A stretch of DNA of 64,000 bases. It comes from Roseovarius sp. GTDB lineage: Bacteria > Pseudomonadota > Alphaproteobacteria > Rhodobacterales > Rhodobacteraceae. How positions within the stretch are numbered: position 1 is the first letter of the stretch; every line of letters begins with the position of its first letter. Below are positions 41,475 through 53,189 of the stretch, one piece after another. The position numbers were made by a program, and so were the translations under genes. The stretch spans positions 202 to 64,201 of the forward strand of contig JBKAGF010000017.1 of the NCBI GenBank assembly GCA_046290265.1, in the 5' to 3' direction. A model generated the notes under the pieces. The model was given only the letters and a program-made list of their open reading frames with translations, was not told the origin of the DNA and searched no databases.

Positions 41475-41497
41475 GAGTATTTGTGGAACAATGAAGC
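41475..41497 (+). repeat. GAGTATTT-family repeat, copy 3
   Basis: gagtatttgtggaacaatgaagc. Confidence 0.6.
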
Positions 41498-41548
41498 CGG
41501 GGGCGGTGCGCGAGACAGCCGGTGCCCGATGCGACGGAGGCGGGAGCC

Positions 41549-43498
41549 ATGTTTGACACGATCCTGATTGCCAACCGGGGCGAAATTGCCTGCCGGGTGA
41601 TGGAGACGGCGCGGGCCATGGGGGTGCGCTGTGTTGCCGTTTATTCGGACGCAGACCGGGCGGCGCGGCATGTGGCGCTGGCGGATGCCGCCCAGCATAT
41701 CGGCGGGGCGGCGCCGGCGGAGAGCTATCTTGACGGGGCGAAGATCATCGCGGCGGCGCAGGAGAGCGGCGCGCAGGCGATCCATCCCGGATACGGCTTT
41801 CTGAGCGAGAACCCGGATTTCGTGGGGGCGGTCGAGGCGGCGGGGCTGACATTCATCGGCCCGTCGGCCAAGGCAATCCGGGCGATGGGGCTGAAGGATG
41901 CGGCCAAGGCGCTGATGCAGGATGCAGGCGTGCCGGTGGTGCCGGGCTATCATGGCGAGGAGCAGGATCCGGGATTCCTGGCAGAAAAGGCCGGCGAGAT
42001 CGGCTATCCGGTGCTGATCAAGGCCGTGGCGGGCGGCGGCGGCAAGGGGATGCGGCTGGTCGAGGCGGCGAAGGGCTTTGCCGAGGCGCTGGAGAGTGCC
42101 AGGGCCGAGGCGAAGACGGCCTTTGGCAACGAAGCTGTGCTGATCGAGAAGTATATCCAGCAGCCGCGGCATATCGAGGTGCAGGTCTTTGGCGACGGGC
42201 GACAAGCCGTGCATCTTTTCGAGCGGGATTGTTCCTTGCAGCGGCGGCACCAGAAGGTGATCGAGGAGGCGCCGGCGCCGGGGATGACGCCCGAGGTGCG
42301 CGAGGCCATGGGGGCGGCCGCCGTGCGCGCGGCGGAGGCGATCGGCTATGCCGGGGCGGGGACGGTGGAGTTCATCGTGGACGGCTCGGGCGGGCTGCGC
42401 ACCGACGGGTTCTGGTTCATGGAGATGAACACGCGGCTGCAGGTGGAGCATCCCGTCACCGAGGAGATCACCGGGGTGGACCTGGTGGAGTGGCAGTTGC
42501 GGGTGGCTGCCGGAGAAGGCCTGCCGAAGCGGCAGGAGGAACTGTCGATCAATGGGCACGCGTTCGAGGCGCGGCTCTATGCCGAGGATGTGCCGAAAGG
42601 GTTCCTGCCGGCGACGGGGCGGCTGCGGCATCTGGAGTTTCCGACAGGCGCGCGGGCAGACACCGGCGTGCGGGCGGGCGATGAGATTTCCCCGCATTAC
42701 GATCCGATGATCGCCAAGCTGACGACGCACGGGCCCACGCGGGCGGTGGCGCTGCAGCGGCTGGGTGCTGCGCTGGAGGCGACGCAGGTGGCGGGGACGG
42801 TGACGAACCTCGCGTTCCTGGGCGCGCTGGCGCGGCACGAGGGGTTCGGCCGGGGAGAGGTGGACACCGGGCTGATCGCGCGGGACCTGGAGGCGTTGAG
42901 CGCGCCGCCGGAGGTGAGCGACGCGACGGTGGCGCTGGCGGCGCTGGCCAGTCTTGGGTTGCTTGAGGGCGGCGGGCCAAAGACGGGCTTTGCCCTGTGG
43001 CAGCCTTTGCGGCGGAGCGTGGTTCTGCGGCGCGAGGGCGAGGAGGTGCAGGCGAAAGTGCAAAGCCTGTCGGCGGAGGCCCATGACGTGGAGGTCGGTG
43101 AGCGCGTGGTTGAGGCGCGCCGCGTCGGTGGGCGCTGGCAGTTGGACGGGGCGCTGGCGCCGGAAGTGGCGGTGACGGGCGACCTGGTGACGGTCTTTGC
43201 GGGCTACGGGATCGGGTTCGACATCCTCGATCCGCTGGAGCGGGGCGAGTTTGCCGCCGGCGACGCCAGCGTGATCGAGGCGCCGATGCCCGGGATGGTC
43301 AAGGCGGTCTTTGCCGAAGCCGGGCAGGAGGTGGCCAAGGGCGACCGGCTGGCCGTGCTGGAAGCGATGAAGATGGAACACAGCCTGCTGGCGCCGCGCG
43401 ACGGGGTGGTGGCCGAGGTGCTGGCCGGGGCGGGCAGCCAGGTGGAGGCGGGCGCGGCGCTGATCCGGTTGGAGGAGGACGCGGAGGCGGCGGCGTGA
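41549..43498 (+). CDS. mccA: 3-methylcrotonyl-CoA carboxylase alpha subunit
   Basis: IANRGEIA, HPGYGFLSEN, EMNTRLQVEHPVTE, EAMKM biotin site. Confidence 0.95.
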   Translation: MFDTILIANRGEIACRVMETARAMGVRCVAVYSDADRAARHVALADAAQHIGGAAPAESYLDGAKIIAAAQESGAQAIHPGYGFLSENPDFVGAVEAAGLTFIGPSAKAIRAMGLKDAAKALMQDAGVPVVPGYHGEEQDPGFLAEKAGEIGYPVLIKAVAGGGGKGMRLVEAAKGFAEALESARAEAKTAFGNEAVLIEKYIQQPRHIEVQVFGDGRQAVHLFERDCSLQRRHQKVIEEAPAPGMTPEVREAMGAAAVRAAEAIGYAGAGTVEFIVDGSGGLRTDGFWFMEMNTRLQVEHPVTEEITGVDLVEWQLRVAAGEGLPKRQEELSINGHAFEARLYAEDVPKGFLPATGRLRHLEFPTGARADTGVRAGDEISPHYDPMIAKLTTHGPTRAVALQRLGAALEATQVAGTVTNLAFLGALARHEGFGRGEVDTGLIARDLEALSAPPEVSDATVALAALASLGLLEGGGPKTGFALWQPLRRSVVLRREGEEVQAKVQSLSAEAHDVEVGERVVEARRVGGRWQLDGALAPEVAVTGDLVTVFAGYGIGFDILDPLERGEFAAGDASVIEAPMPGMVKAVFAEAGQEVAKGDRLAVLEAMKMEHSLLAPRDGVVAEVLAGAGSQVEAGAALIRLEEDAEAAA

Positions 43499-44148
43499 TG
43501 GAGGGGCTGCGGCTGACCGGCTATCGCTTCAGCGTCTATACGCGCAGTGTGCGGATGGTGCTGGCGGCGAAGGGGCTGGCCTATGACTATGTGGAGTGTG
43601 ATCCGTTCGGGACGGCCGCGGAGGCGCTGACACGGTTGCATCCTTTCTGCCGCGTACCGGTGCTGGAGGCGGGAGCGTTCCGGCTGTGGGAGACGCAGGC
43701 CATCCTGGATTACCTGGAGGCCATCGCGCCGGAGCCGCGGATGGTGCCGGGCGCGCCCGAGGGCGCGGCGCGGATGCGGCAGGTGATGGGGATCGCCGAC
43801 AGCTATGCCTATTGGCCGCTGGTGCGGCAGGCCTTTTCCAACGCGGTCTTCGCGGCGCTGGAAGGCGAGGCAGGGGATGCAAAGGCGCTGGCGGACGGGC
43901 TGGCGGCCGCGCCGCGCGTGCTGGACGCGCTGGAGGAGATCGCGGCGGAGGGACGGGTGTTGCGGGTCGGGAGCCTCGACCTGGCAGCCTGTCACCTGTG
44001 GCCGATGCTGGACTATTTCGGCATGCTGGCCGAAGGGGAGGAGAGGATCGCCGCACGACCCGCCCTGGCGGCGTGGTGCGGCTGGATGGAAACCTGCCCC
44101 GCGGCGCAAGTGACGCGTCCGGCGCTGACAAAGGAGGCGATGGCGTGA
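43495..44148 (+). CDS. Glutathione S-transferase family protein
   Basis: SVYTRSVR, HPF.RVPVL, LWETQAILDYLE. Confidence 0.88.
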   Translation: MMEGLRLTGYRFSVYTRSVRMVLAAKGLAYDYVECDPFGTAAEALTRLHPFCRVPVLEAGAFRLWETQAILDYLEAIAPEPRMVPGAPEGAARMRQVMGIADSYAYWPLVRQAFSNAVFAALEGEAGDAKALADGLAAAPRVLDALEEIAAEGRVLRVGSLDLAACHLWPMLDYFGMLAEGEERIAARPALAAWCGWMETCPAAQVTRPALTKEAMA

Positions 44149-44825
44149 TTGTCCTGCACCATGTGCCGCAGACCCGCTCTATGCGGGTGTTGTGGCTGCT
44201 GAACGAATTGGGGGTGGAGTTTCGCACGGTGACCCATGCGTTCGACAAGAGCCTGCGGCAACCCGAATTCCTGAGCCTGTCGCCGGCGGGGCGCGTGCCC
44301 GCCCTGGAGATCGAGGGCGAGCGGATGTTCGAATCGGGCGCGATGATGGAATACCTGTGCGAGAAGTTCCCCGAGCGGGGGATGGGCCGCGCGCCCGGCG
44401 ACATGGACCGGATGGCCTGGCTGGTGTGGTTGCATTTCGCGGAGACCGTCAGCCAGCATGTGGCGATCCTGACCCAGCAGCATATCATGCTGCGCGAGGA
44501 TCACATGCGCAGTCCCACGGTGATGAAGCTGGAGGCCGCGCGGCTGCGGAAATGCTATGGCGCGATCGAGGCGCGGCTGAGCACGCCGGTGGAGAACCGC
44601 GACTATCTGTTGACCGGGGGCTATTCGGCCTGCGATATCGCCGTGGGCCAGGCCGTGTACATGGCGCAGCATTTCGCCACGCTGGACGGCTTTCCCGAGA
44701 CGGCGAAGTGGTACGCGCGGCTGACCGAGCGCGAGGCCTATCGCGCCGCGCTGCCCGAGGGGACCGGGGCGCGGCTGTATGAAAAGACGTTCTACGACGT
44801 TCCGGGGGAGAATGCGGATGGCTGA
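44145..44825 (+). CDS. Glutathione S-transferase family protein
   Basis: TRSMRVLWLL.ELG, SPAGRVPAL, FESGAMMEYL. Confidence 0.9.
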   Translation: MIVLHHVPQTRSMRVLWLLNELGVEFRTVTHAFDKSLRQPEFLSLSPAGRVPALEIEGERMFESGAMMEYLCEKFPERGMGRAPGDMDRMAWLVWLHFAETVSQHVAILTQQHIMLREDHMRSPTVMKLEAARLRKCYGAIEARLSTPVENRDYLLTGGYSACDIAVGQAVYMAQHFATLDGFPETAKWYARLTEREAYRAALPEGTGARLYEKTFYDVPGENADG

Positions 44826-45672
44826 ACGGGTCGAGATATTCGAAGTGGGACCGCGCGACGGGCTGCAGAATGAAAAGCGCGAGATTCCGGTGGCCGAGAA
44901 AGTCGCGCTGATCGACTGCCTGAGCGGCGCGGGATTTGCCCGGATCGAGGTGGCAAGTTTCGTCAGCCCCAAATGGGTGCCACAGATGGCGGGCTCGGCC
45001 GGGGTGCTGGCCGGGATCACCCGCGCGCCGGGGGTGAGCTATGCCGCGCTGACGCCGAACATGCGCGGGTTCCAGGACGCGATGGCGGCGGCGGCGAACG
45101 AGGTTGCGATCTTCGGGTCGGCCTCGGAAGGGTTCTCGAAGGCCAATATCAACGCCACGATTGAAGAAAGTCTGCAACGTTTCGCCCCGGTGGCGGAGGC
45201 CGCGCGGGAAGTGGGCGTGCCGTTGCGGGGCTATGTGTCCTGCGTGACGGACTGCCCCTATGACGGACCCGTCGCGCCGGGCCAGGTGGCCGAGGTGGCG
45301 GGGCGACTGTACGAGATGGGCTGTTACGAGATCAGCCTGGGCGACACGATCGGGCAGGGCACGCCGGAGAGCATCGACGCCATGCTGAAGGCGGTGACGG
45401 GGGCGGTGCCGGCGGACAGGCTGGCGGGCCATTATCACGACACGGGCGGCCGGGCGCTGGACAATATCGAGATGTCGCTGGAGCACGGGGTGCGGGTGTT
45501 CGACGCGGCCGTCGGGGGCCTGGGGGGCTGTCCCTATGCCCCGGGCGCGAAAGGCAACGTGGCGACCGAGAAGGTGCATGACCGTCTGGTCGCCCTGGGC
45601 TGGGACACCGGGCTGGACCGGGATGTTCTGGCGCGGGCGGCGGAGATGGCACGCGCGATGCGGGCCGGGTGA
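44818..45672 (+). CDS. hmgL: Hydroxymethylglutaryl-CoA lyase
   Basis: EVGPRDGLQNE, SFVSPKWVPQM, GHYHDT, GGCPYAPGAKGNVATE. Confidence 0.96.
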   Translation: MAERVEIFEVGPRDGLQNEKREIPVAEKVALIDCLSGAGFARIEVASFVSPKWVPQMAGSAGVLAGITRAPGVSYAALTPNMRGFQDAMAAAANEVAIFGSASEGFSKANINATIEESLQRFAPVAEAAREVGVPLRGYVSCVTDCPYDGPVAPGQVAEVAGRLYEMGCYEISLGDTIGQGTPESIDAMLKAVTGAVPADRLAGHYHDTGGRALDNIEMSLEHGVRVFDAAVGGLGGCPYAPGAKGNVATEKVHDRLVALGWDTGLDRDVLARAAEMARAMRAG

Positions 45673-45712
45673 CAAGAATTCCTGGAAGAATTTTGGCGCG
45701 GGGAGAGAGCGG

Positions 45713-46501
45713 ATGTATGAAACGGTGAGGATCGAGCGGGACGCGCGCGGCGTGGCGACGCTGTGGCTGGATCGGGCGGAAAAGCACAACGCGCTGTCGG
45801 CGCGGATGATCGCGGAGCTGAACCAGGCCGCCGAGGAGCTGGCGGCGGACGAGAGCGTCCGCGTCGTGGTTCTGGCCGCCGAGGGACGGTCATTCTGTGC
45901 CGGGGGCGACCTGGGCTGGATGCGCGACCAGTTCGAGGCCGATCCAGAAACCCGTGCCGGGGAGGCGGGCAAGCTGGCCTATATGCTGCAGGCGCTGAAC
46001 ACGCTGCCCAAGCCGCTGATCGGCCGCGTGCATGGCAACGCCTTCGGCGGCGGGCTGGGCATGATCTCGGTCTGTGACGTGGCGGTGGGCGCCGAGGAGG
46101 TGAAGATGGCCTTCACGGAGACGCGGCTGGGCCTGATCCCGGCCACGATCGGGCCCTACGTGGCGGCCCGGATGGGCGAGGCCAACGCGCGGCGCGTCTT
46201 CATGTCGGCCCGCGCCTTTGACGCCGAAGAGGCGGTAGCGCTGGGCGTGCTGGCGCGCGCGGTGCCGGGCGATGCGCTGGATGCGGCGGTCGAGCAAGAG
46301 GTCGCGCCTTACCTCGATTGTGCGCCCGGTGCGGTGGCGCAGGCCAAGGCGCTGCTGCGCCGCCTCGGGCCGACCATCGATGCGGCGGTGATCGAGGACA
46401 CGGTCGCGGGGCTGAGCGCCTGCTGGGCCGGAGCCGAGGCGCAGGAGGGCATCGCCGCCTTCTTCGACAAGCGGAAGGCGCCGTGGCGGCGCGCCGATTG
46501 A
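45713..46501 (+). CDS. Crotonase, methylglutaconyl-CoA hydratase-like
   Basis: FCAGGDL, AFGGGLG, ETRLGLIPATIGPYV; liu context. Confidence 0.9.
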   Translation: MYETVRIERDARGVATLWLDRAEKHNALSARMIAELNQAAEELAADESVRVVVLAAEGRSFCAGGDLGWMRDQFEADPETRAGEAGKLAYMLQALNTLPKPLIGRVHGNAFGGGLGMISVCDVAVGAEEVKMAFTETRLGLIPATIGPYVAARMGEANARRVFMSARAFDAEEAVALGVLARAVPGDALDAAVEQEVAPYLDCAPGAVAQAKALLRRLGPTIDAAVIEDTVAGLSACWAGAEAQEGIAAFFDKRKAPWRRAD

Positions 46502-46582
46502 GCGATATATTTGCCGCAAATTTTAACGCCAATTCAATCTTTCTGATGCTTTCTGACCCGGGTCGGGACGGAAAGGACAGTC

Positions 46583-47845
46583 ATGACTCGGATATTGCAG
46601 ACACTTGGCGCTTTGGAAACGGTATTGCTTTGCGTCTGGCTATGGTGGCTTTCGGCCGGTATCGCCGCGGCGCAGGAGGGCCTTTACGGCCTGGCGGACG
46701 GCCGGTTGCGCACCGATCTGCGGTTTTCCGAAGAGATGTTCGACCGCCAGGACCGCGTGACGAACAAGGCGGCGCTCTTGTTGCGGGCGCGGGCCGGCGG
46801 ACGGGTGCCGGAGGGGTCGCTGACCTTCGGCGGGCGGTTGATCGCAACGTGGATTTCCGAGCGCACGGACACGCCGGGCAAGTTTCCCATCCTGTCGCGG
46901 CTGCCCCCCACCCATACGCGCGGCACCTCAGACAGCTATGGCGTGATCAACGAGATTTCGCTCAATGCCACGCTGGCGCTGCCATGGGTCACCGGCTTCG
47001 TGCAGGGCGAGTTCACCGAGGTCGAATATCCGGGCCAGGACGACATCCAACTGCGGAAATACATGCTGGTGCTGGGGGACCTGAGCCGGTCGCCCCTTTA
47101 CCTGGCGGTGGGACGCAAGACGTTGAATTTCGGAAATTTCGCCAGCTATGCGCCCTTTACCCACACCCATTCGAGCCATTATTTCTGGGCCCAGAGCGAC
47201 GATCCGGTGATCGAACTGGGCTATGTCACAGACCGCACCGAGCTGGCCTTTACCCTGATCCCGGCGCATCGCGGCAACCGGGTGATCAGCAGCCCCAGGA
47301 ATGATGGCGCATTGTCGAATTTCGCGCTGAACGGCGCGCATCGGTTCGGGGTCGCGACCGGACATGACCTGACGATCGGGGCGGGGTACCTGCGCGGGTC
47401 GATCTATGACAGCACCATCGCGCATCACCCGCCGGGACGGGGGATCAACCGCTTCTGGAACGAGCTGTGGGACGTGAACCTGACCTGGAGCGGGCCGCGT
47501 TTCGACGTTCAGGCGGAGTTCACGCGCACGATGCATGACTGGCCCGCCACGGGGCACCACGTACAGGCCACGACCCTGCAGGCCCGCTGGCACCGCCAGA
47601 TCGCCGGCAACCCGGTCACCTGGTCGATCTCGGCCAGCCGCGGCGTGCAGGGGCGCGACGGCACGGAATGGGAGCGGATGGAGCAGGTGATCCTGGGCGT
47701 CGAGTACGAGGCGGCGCCGCATGTCACGCTGGGAGCGGAATACATGTACAACGCGGGCTTCGTGCCGCTGATCCTGCCGACGATCACTGGCGACAGATCG
47801 GTGGACTCGCACACGCTGATCGCCGGTGTGAAGATGACGTTCTGA
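46583..47845 (+). CDS. Outer membrane beta-barrel, LbtU/siderophore-porin-like
   Basis: Signal peptide ending AAA, alternating beta strands, SPLYLAVGRK..FG.F, C-terminal Phe. Confidence 0.65.
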   Translation: MTRILQTLGALETVLLCVWLWWLSAGIAAAQEGLYGLADGRLRTDLRFSEEMFDRQDRVTNKAALLLRARAGGRVPEGSLTFGGRLIATWISERTDTPGKFPILSRLPPTHTRGTSDSYGVINEISLNATLALPWVTGFVQGEFTEVEYPGQDDIQLRKYMLVLGDLSRSPLYLAVGRKTLNFGNFASYAPFTHTHSSHYFWAQSDDPVIELGYVTDRTELAFTLIPAHRGNRVISSPRNDGALSNFALNGAHRFGVATGHDLTIGAGYLRGSIYDSTIAHHPPGRGINRFWNELWDVNLTWSGPRFDVQAEFTRTMHDWPATGHHVQATTLQARWHRQIAGNPVTWSISASRGVQGRDGTEWERMEQVILGVEYEAAPHVTLGAEYMYNAGFVPLILPTITGDRSVDSHTLIAGVKMTF

Positions 47846-48053
47846 GCGGTGCCGCGCGTGGCGCGCGGCCTGTCGGGCGCGCGCGCGACCGGGACGCGGC
47901 CGCATTTCAACGGGCGATTATGCCGGTATTTGCGGCAAACGGGAAAGTCGCGTCAATTCGCCCGGTGCAGGACCAGGGCGCCGATTTCCGTATACCTTGG
48001 TATTCATGACGTTTTTCGCGCTGCGCCGGGGTGCGAAAAGCGGTCCCGCTTGG

Positions 48054-48082
48054 TTGACCCGGACCGGGGGCAGGGGTAAACC
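48054..48082 (+). promoter_or_regulatory. Candidate sigma70 promoter of the nuo operon
   Basis: TTGACC-N17-TAAACC, ~60 nt before nuoA. Confidence 0.55.
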
Positions 48083-48140
48083 CTCACGTGAACTGTATGC
48101 CAAGCCTCTGCGCGCGTGCCGCGCATGAAAGGAGCCACAC

Positions 48141-49127
<987 letters not shown>

Positions 49128-49148
49128 GGCGCCATTGGGGGATGAAGC

Positions 49149-49760
49149 ATGAGTGACGCGCTGGAAGAACTGGCCACCCATATCGAGACCCGCCGCCCCG
49201 ATTGCGTGGCCGGCTGGTCGGTGGATCATGGCGAGCTGAACGTGAACGTGGCCCCGTCCAGCCTGAAGGGGCTGGTGGAGTTCCTGAAGACCGACCCGAA
49301 CTGCCGGTTTTCGACGCTGGTGGACATCACCGGCGTGGATTACCCGGACCGGCCCAAGCGGTTCGACGTGGTCTATCATTTCCTGAGCATGTACCAGAAC
49401 CAGCGCATCCGCCTGCGCGTGGCGGTGCGCGAAGAGGACATGGTGCCGTCGATCACGGATGTGCATCCTTCGGCCAACTGGTTCGAGCGCGAGGTGTTCG
49501 ACATGTTCGGCATCCTCTTCAGCGGCCATCCGGACCTGCGGCGCATCCTGACCGATTACGGCTTTCGCGGCTTCCCGCTGCGCAAGGATTTCCCGACCAC
49601 CGGTTATACCGAGGTGCGCTATGACGAGGTGCAGAAGCGGGTGGTCTACGAGCCGGTGAAGCTGGTGCAGGAGTATCGGCAGTTCGATTTCATGAGCCCG
49701 TGGGAGGGTGCCGATTACATCCTGCCGGGCGACGAGAAGACCGAAGAGAAGGCGAAGTGA
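49149..49760 (+). CDS. nuoC: Complex I subunit C
   Basis: [33 protein letters not shown]. Confidence 0.98.
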   Translation: MSDALEELATHIETRRPDCVAGWSVDHGELNVNVAPSSLKGLVEFLKTDPNCRFSTLVDITGVDYPDRPKRFDVVYHFLSMYQNQRIRLRVAVREEDMVPSITDVHPSANWFEREVFDMFGILFSGHPDLRRILTDYGFRGFPLRKDFPTTGYTEVRYDEVQKRVVYEPVKLVQEYRQFDFMSPWEGADYILPGDEKTEEKAK

Positions 49761-49787
49761 ACCGGGGCGGATCAGGGAGCGGCGGAC

Positions 49788-49955
49788 ATGCTTTGGGTGA
49801 TAGTGTTCATGGCGGCGTTCGTGGTTCCCTTCTGGAAGCTGCTGCCGGGCTACGGCATCGCCAGCGCATGGGCGCTGGTGGCGATCTTTCCGCTGGGCGC
49901 GCTGGCGCTTTTGTACCTGATGGCGTTCGGGCCCCGCGCGGACGATAGAGGATAA
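49788..49955 (+). CDS. 55-aa two-TM membrane protein absent from the ORF track
   Basis: [55 protein letters not shown]; GGAG RBS. Confidence 0.75.
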   Translation: MLWVIVFMAAFVVPFWKLLPGYGIASAWALVAIFPLGALALLYLMAFGPRADDRG

Positions 49956-49966
49956 GGAGACCAAGG

Positions 49967-51202
49967 ATGATGGACGGCTCCAACACGATGACGAAGGGCT
50001 TCGCCGACGCCGAGACCGGCGAGCAGAAGATCCGCAATTTCAACATCAACTTCGGCCCGCAACACCCTGCGGCACATGGCGTTCTGCGCCTTGTGCTGGA
50101 GCTGGACGGCGAGATCGTGGAACGCTGCGATCCGCATATCGGTCTGCTGCACCGGGGCACCGAGAAGCTGATGGAAAGCCGGACCTACCTGCAGAACCTG
50201 CCCTATTTCGACCGGCTGGATTACGTGGCGCCGATGAACCAGGAACATGCCTGGTGCCTGGCCATCGAAAAGCTGACCGGCGTCGAGGTGCCGCGCCGCG
50301 CCAGCCTGATCCGGGTGCTCTATTCGGAAATCGGGCGGGTGCTGAACCACCTGCTGAACGTCACCACGCAGGCGATGGACGTGGGCGCGCTGACCCCGCC
50401 CCTGTGGGGGTTCGAGCAACGCGAGATCCTGATGGTATTCTACGAGCGCGCCTGCGGTGCGCGCCTGCACGCGGCCTATTTCCGGCCCGGCGGGGTGCAT
50501 CAGGACCTGCCCCCGGAGCTGCTGGACGATATCGAGGCCTGGGCCGACGAATTCCCGAAATTCATGGACGACCTGGACGGCCTGCTGACGGAGAACCGCA
50601 TCTTCAAGCAGCGCAACGCGGATATCGGCGTGGTCAGCCAGCAGGAGGCGCTGGACTGGGGCTTTTCCGGCGTCATGGTGCGCGGCAGCGGCATGGCATG
50701 GGACCTGCGCCGGTCGCAGCCCTATGAATGCTACGACGAGTTCGACTTCAAGATCCCGGTGGGCAAGAACGGCGACTGCTATGACCGTTACCTGTGCCGG
50801 ATGGAGGAGATGCGCCAGTCGGTCTCGATCATCAAGCAGGCGATCGAGAAGCTGCGCGCGCCCGAAGGCAAGGGCGATATCCTGTCGCGGGGCAAGATCA
50901 CGCCGCCCAAGCGGGGCGAGATGAAGACCTCGATGGAGGCGTTGATCCATCACTTCAAGCTGTATACCGAAGGGTTCCACGTGCCCGAGGGCGAGGTCTA
51001 TTGCGCCGTCGAGGCGCCCAAGGGCGAGTTCGGCGTCTACCTGGTGTCGGACGGAACCAACAAGCCCTACCGCGCCAAGCTGCGCGCGCCGGGTTTCCTG
51101 CACCTGCAGGCGATGGACCATGTGGCGGGCGGGCACCAGCTGGCCGATGTGGCGGCGATCATCGGGACGATGGACGTGGTCTTTGGGGAGATCGACAGGT
51201 GA
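49967..51202 (+). CDS. nuoD: Complex I subunit D
   Basis: [39 protein letters not shown]. Confidence 0.99.
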   Translation: MMDGSNTMTKGFADAETGEQKIRNFNINFGPQHPAAHGVLRLVLELDGEIVERCDPHIGLLHRGTEKLMESRTYLQNLPYFDRLDYVAPMNQEHAWCLAIEKLTGVEVPRRASLIRVLYSEIGRVLNHLLNVTTQAMDVGALTPPLWGFEQREILMVFYERACGARLHAAYFRPGGVHQDLPPELLDDIEAWADEFPKFMDDLDGLLTENRIFKQRNADIGVVSQQEALDWGFSGVMVRGSGMAWDLRRSQPYECYDEFDFKIPVGKNGDCYDRYLCRMEEMRQSVSIIKQAIEKLRAPEGKGDILSRGKITPPKRGEMKTSMEALIHHFKLYTEGFHVPEGEVYCAVEAPKGEFGVYLVSDGTNKPYRAKLRAPGFLHLQAMDHVAGGHQLADVAAIIGTMDVVFGEIDR

Positions 51203-51540
51203 GTTCTTTGCGCGGTTTCAGCTTGGTTGCGCTCTCGCTGGTGACAGCGAGCGCGTCGCTCGTGAGCGCTGACACCGCGTCAGACAGCGATGTCTATGTT
51301 GCTGAGACTGGAACAAGTACGACTTTTTACGCGAAGTGGGATGAGCAGTCTCAAAAGGATTTCTGTGCATCCATGCTTCAAAATGCTGAGAAAAGTGCGC
51401 TCGAGTCCCTGTCTGGCTTCAATGTCGAGATGAAAATAAGCGTAGAAGGTGATCTGCCGGATGGAACACCCATAAAGTGCTCCGTCAGTTCATCGCGCAC
51501 CGTTTCGCAGACTTTTCAGTTCGGAAGCGGTGTAGAATGA
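51199..51540 (+). CDS. Secreted hypothetical protein with foreign-looking composition
   Basis: GTGA overlap with nuoD stop, signal peptide, two Cys, many A/T-ending codons. Confidence 0.65.
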   Translation: MSSLRGFSLVALSLVTASASLVSADTASDSDVYVAETGTSTTFYAKWDEQSQKDFCASMLQNAEKSALESLSGFNVEMKISVEGDLPDGTPIKCSVSSSRTVSQTFQFGSGVE

Positions 51541-51613
51541 CCTTCGATCAGGGGACAACAACACATTCAGCTATTTTTGGCAAAGCGCTGATTGTTGGTG
51601 AAGAGGAAGCAAG

Positions 51614-51904
51614 ATGAAGAAAACATTCGGTTTGATGGGCGCCGTTGCGGCACTGGGGATCGTCGCAGGCTGCACCGCGCCGCCCGAGGGAACGGGCGAG
51701 CAGGACGTGGCCAAGTTCCAGGTTGCGGTGGCCAGCATCGGCTGCACGCTGAAGACCGAAGGGGATTACCTGCCGGTCGAGTTGCAGACCGGCCTGACCC
51801 GCGAGCAATCGACCCAGATGGCCGCCTACATGGTGACGACCGAACGCGCCGTGCGCCTTGAGGGCGGCGGGATCAGAATGACGACAGGAGCGTGCGCAGC
51901 CTGA
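51614..51904 (+). CDS. Small lipoprotein
   Basis: Lipobox VAGC; TGATG coupling to nuoE. Confidence 0.82.
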   Translation: MKKTFGLMGAVAALGIVAGCTAPPEGTGEQDVAKFQVAVASIGCTLKTEGDYLPVELQTGLTREQSTQMAAYMVTTERAVRLEGGGIRMTTGACAA

Positions 51905-53157
51905 TGCTGAGACGTCTACACAGAGAACAGCCCGAGAGCTTTGCCTTCACGCCCGACAACCAGGCGTGGGCCGAGGCGCAGATCTCGAAATACCCGCAAG
52001 GCCGCCAGGCAAGCGCGATCATCCCGCTGCTGTGGCGTGCGCAGGAGCAGGAGGGCTGGCTGACCCGTCCGGCGATCGAGCATATCGCCGAGATGCTGGA
52101 AATGGCGCATATCCGGGCGCTGGAAGTGGCCAGCTTCTATTTCATGTTCCAGCTGTCGCCAGTGGGCAGCGTGGCGCATTTCCAGATTTGCGGCACCACG
52201 TCCTGCATGATCTGCGGGGCCGAGGACCTGATGGCGGTCTGTCGTGAGAAGATCGCGGACAAGCCGCATACCGTCAGCGCGGATGGCAAGTTCAGCTGGG
52301 AAGAGGTCGAGTGCCTGGGCGCCTGCGCCAACGCGCCGATGGCGCAGATCGGCAAGGATTACTACGAGGACCTGACCGCCGAGCGGTTCGCCGAGATGAT
52401 CGACGAGTTCGCCGCCGGCAAGGTACCCGTGCCGGGGCCGCAGAACGGGCGCTACGCGTCGGAACCGCTGGCCGGGCTGACCAGCCTCAAGGAGTTCGAC
52501 TCGGGGCATACGAAATATAACGGTTCGGTCCAGCGAGCGATCGATGTGGGCGACACCGTAAAGCGGATCGACGGGACCGAGGTACCGCTGGCGGCACCGT
52601 GGCGCGAGCATGGCGCAAGCCACCAGCCCGCGCCGCCGAAGGTGAAACTGAACCCGTCGCCGGCCCAACCGGTGGTGACCAGGCCGGAGCCCGACCGCTC
52701 GGAAGGCAGACCGGCGGACGACACCGGCGCGACCAAGGCCGAGGCGCCTGCCAAGAGCACGGCAAACCCCGTATCGAAGGACGAGCCGGCCGGGACGGAC
52801 AAGAGCGCCGAGGCCAAGCCCCGGTCGAAGCCGAAGACATCCGCCGATCCGGCACCTGTGGCCGACGGCCCGGGCAGCAAGCCCCGGACGATGAAAAAGC
52901 CGCGCAAGGGCGGGGCGGACGACCTGAAGATGATCAAGGGCGTGGGGCCGAAGCTGGAACAGCTTTTGCACGATATGGGCTTTTACCATTTCGACCAGAT
53001 CGCCAAATGGGGGCCGCAGGAGGTCGCATGGGTGGATCAGAACCTGGAAGGCTTCAAGGGCCGCGTGAGCCGCGACGGCTGGGTCGACCAGGCGCAGGTG
53101 CTGGCCGATGGCGGAACGACTGAATTTTCGAAAAAAGTCAAAAAGGGGGACGTCTGA
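51904..53157 (+). CDS. nuoE: Complex I subunit E with long C-terminal extension
   Basis: [11 protein letters not shown] and ECLGAC [2Fe-2S] motifs; linker plus [13 protein letters not shown] domain. Confidence 0.96.
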   Translation: MLRRLHREQPESFAFTPDNQAWAEAQISKYPQGRQASAIIPLLWRAQEQEGWLTRPAIEHIAEMLEMAHIRALEVASFYFMFQLSPVGSVAHFQICGTTSCMICGAEDLMAVCREKIADKPHTVSADGKFSWEEVECLGACANAPMAQIGKDYYEDLTAERFAEMIDEFAAGKVPVPGPQNGRYASEPLAGLTSLKEFDSGHTKYNGSVQRAIDVGDTVKRIDGTEVPLAAPWREHGASHQPAPPKVKLNPSPAQPVVTRPEPDRSEGRPADDTGATKAEAPAKSTANPVSKDEPAGTDKSAEAKPRSKPKTSADPAPVADGPGSKPRTMKKPRKGGADDLKMIKGVGPKLEQLLHDMGFYHFDQIAKWGPQEVAWVDQNLEGFKGRVSRDGWVDQAQVLADGGTTEFSKKVKKGDV

Positions 53158-53189
53158 CAGACGATCTTCACGCCACAGGGAGTTGAGCC

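Noticed and set aside
43495-44825. Two GST genes inside the liu operon as a new pathway step
   Set aside because: GSTs are common passengers at this locus and nothing in the sequence ties them to leucine catabolism.
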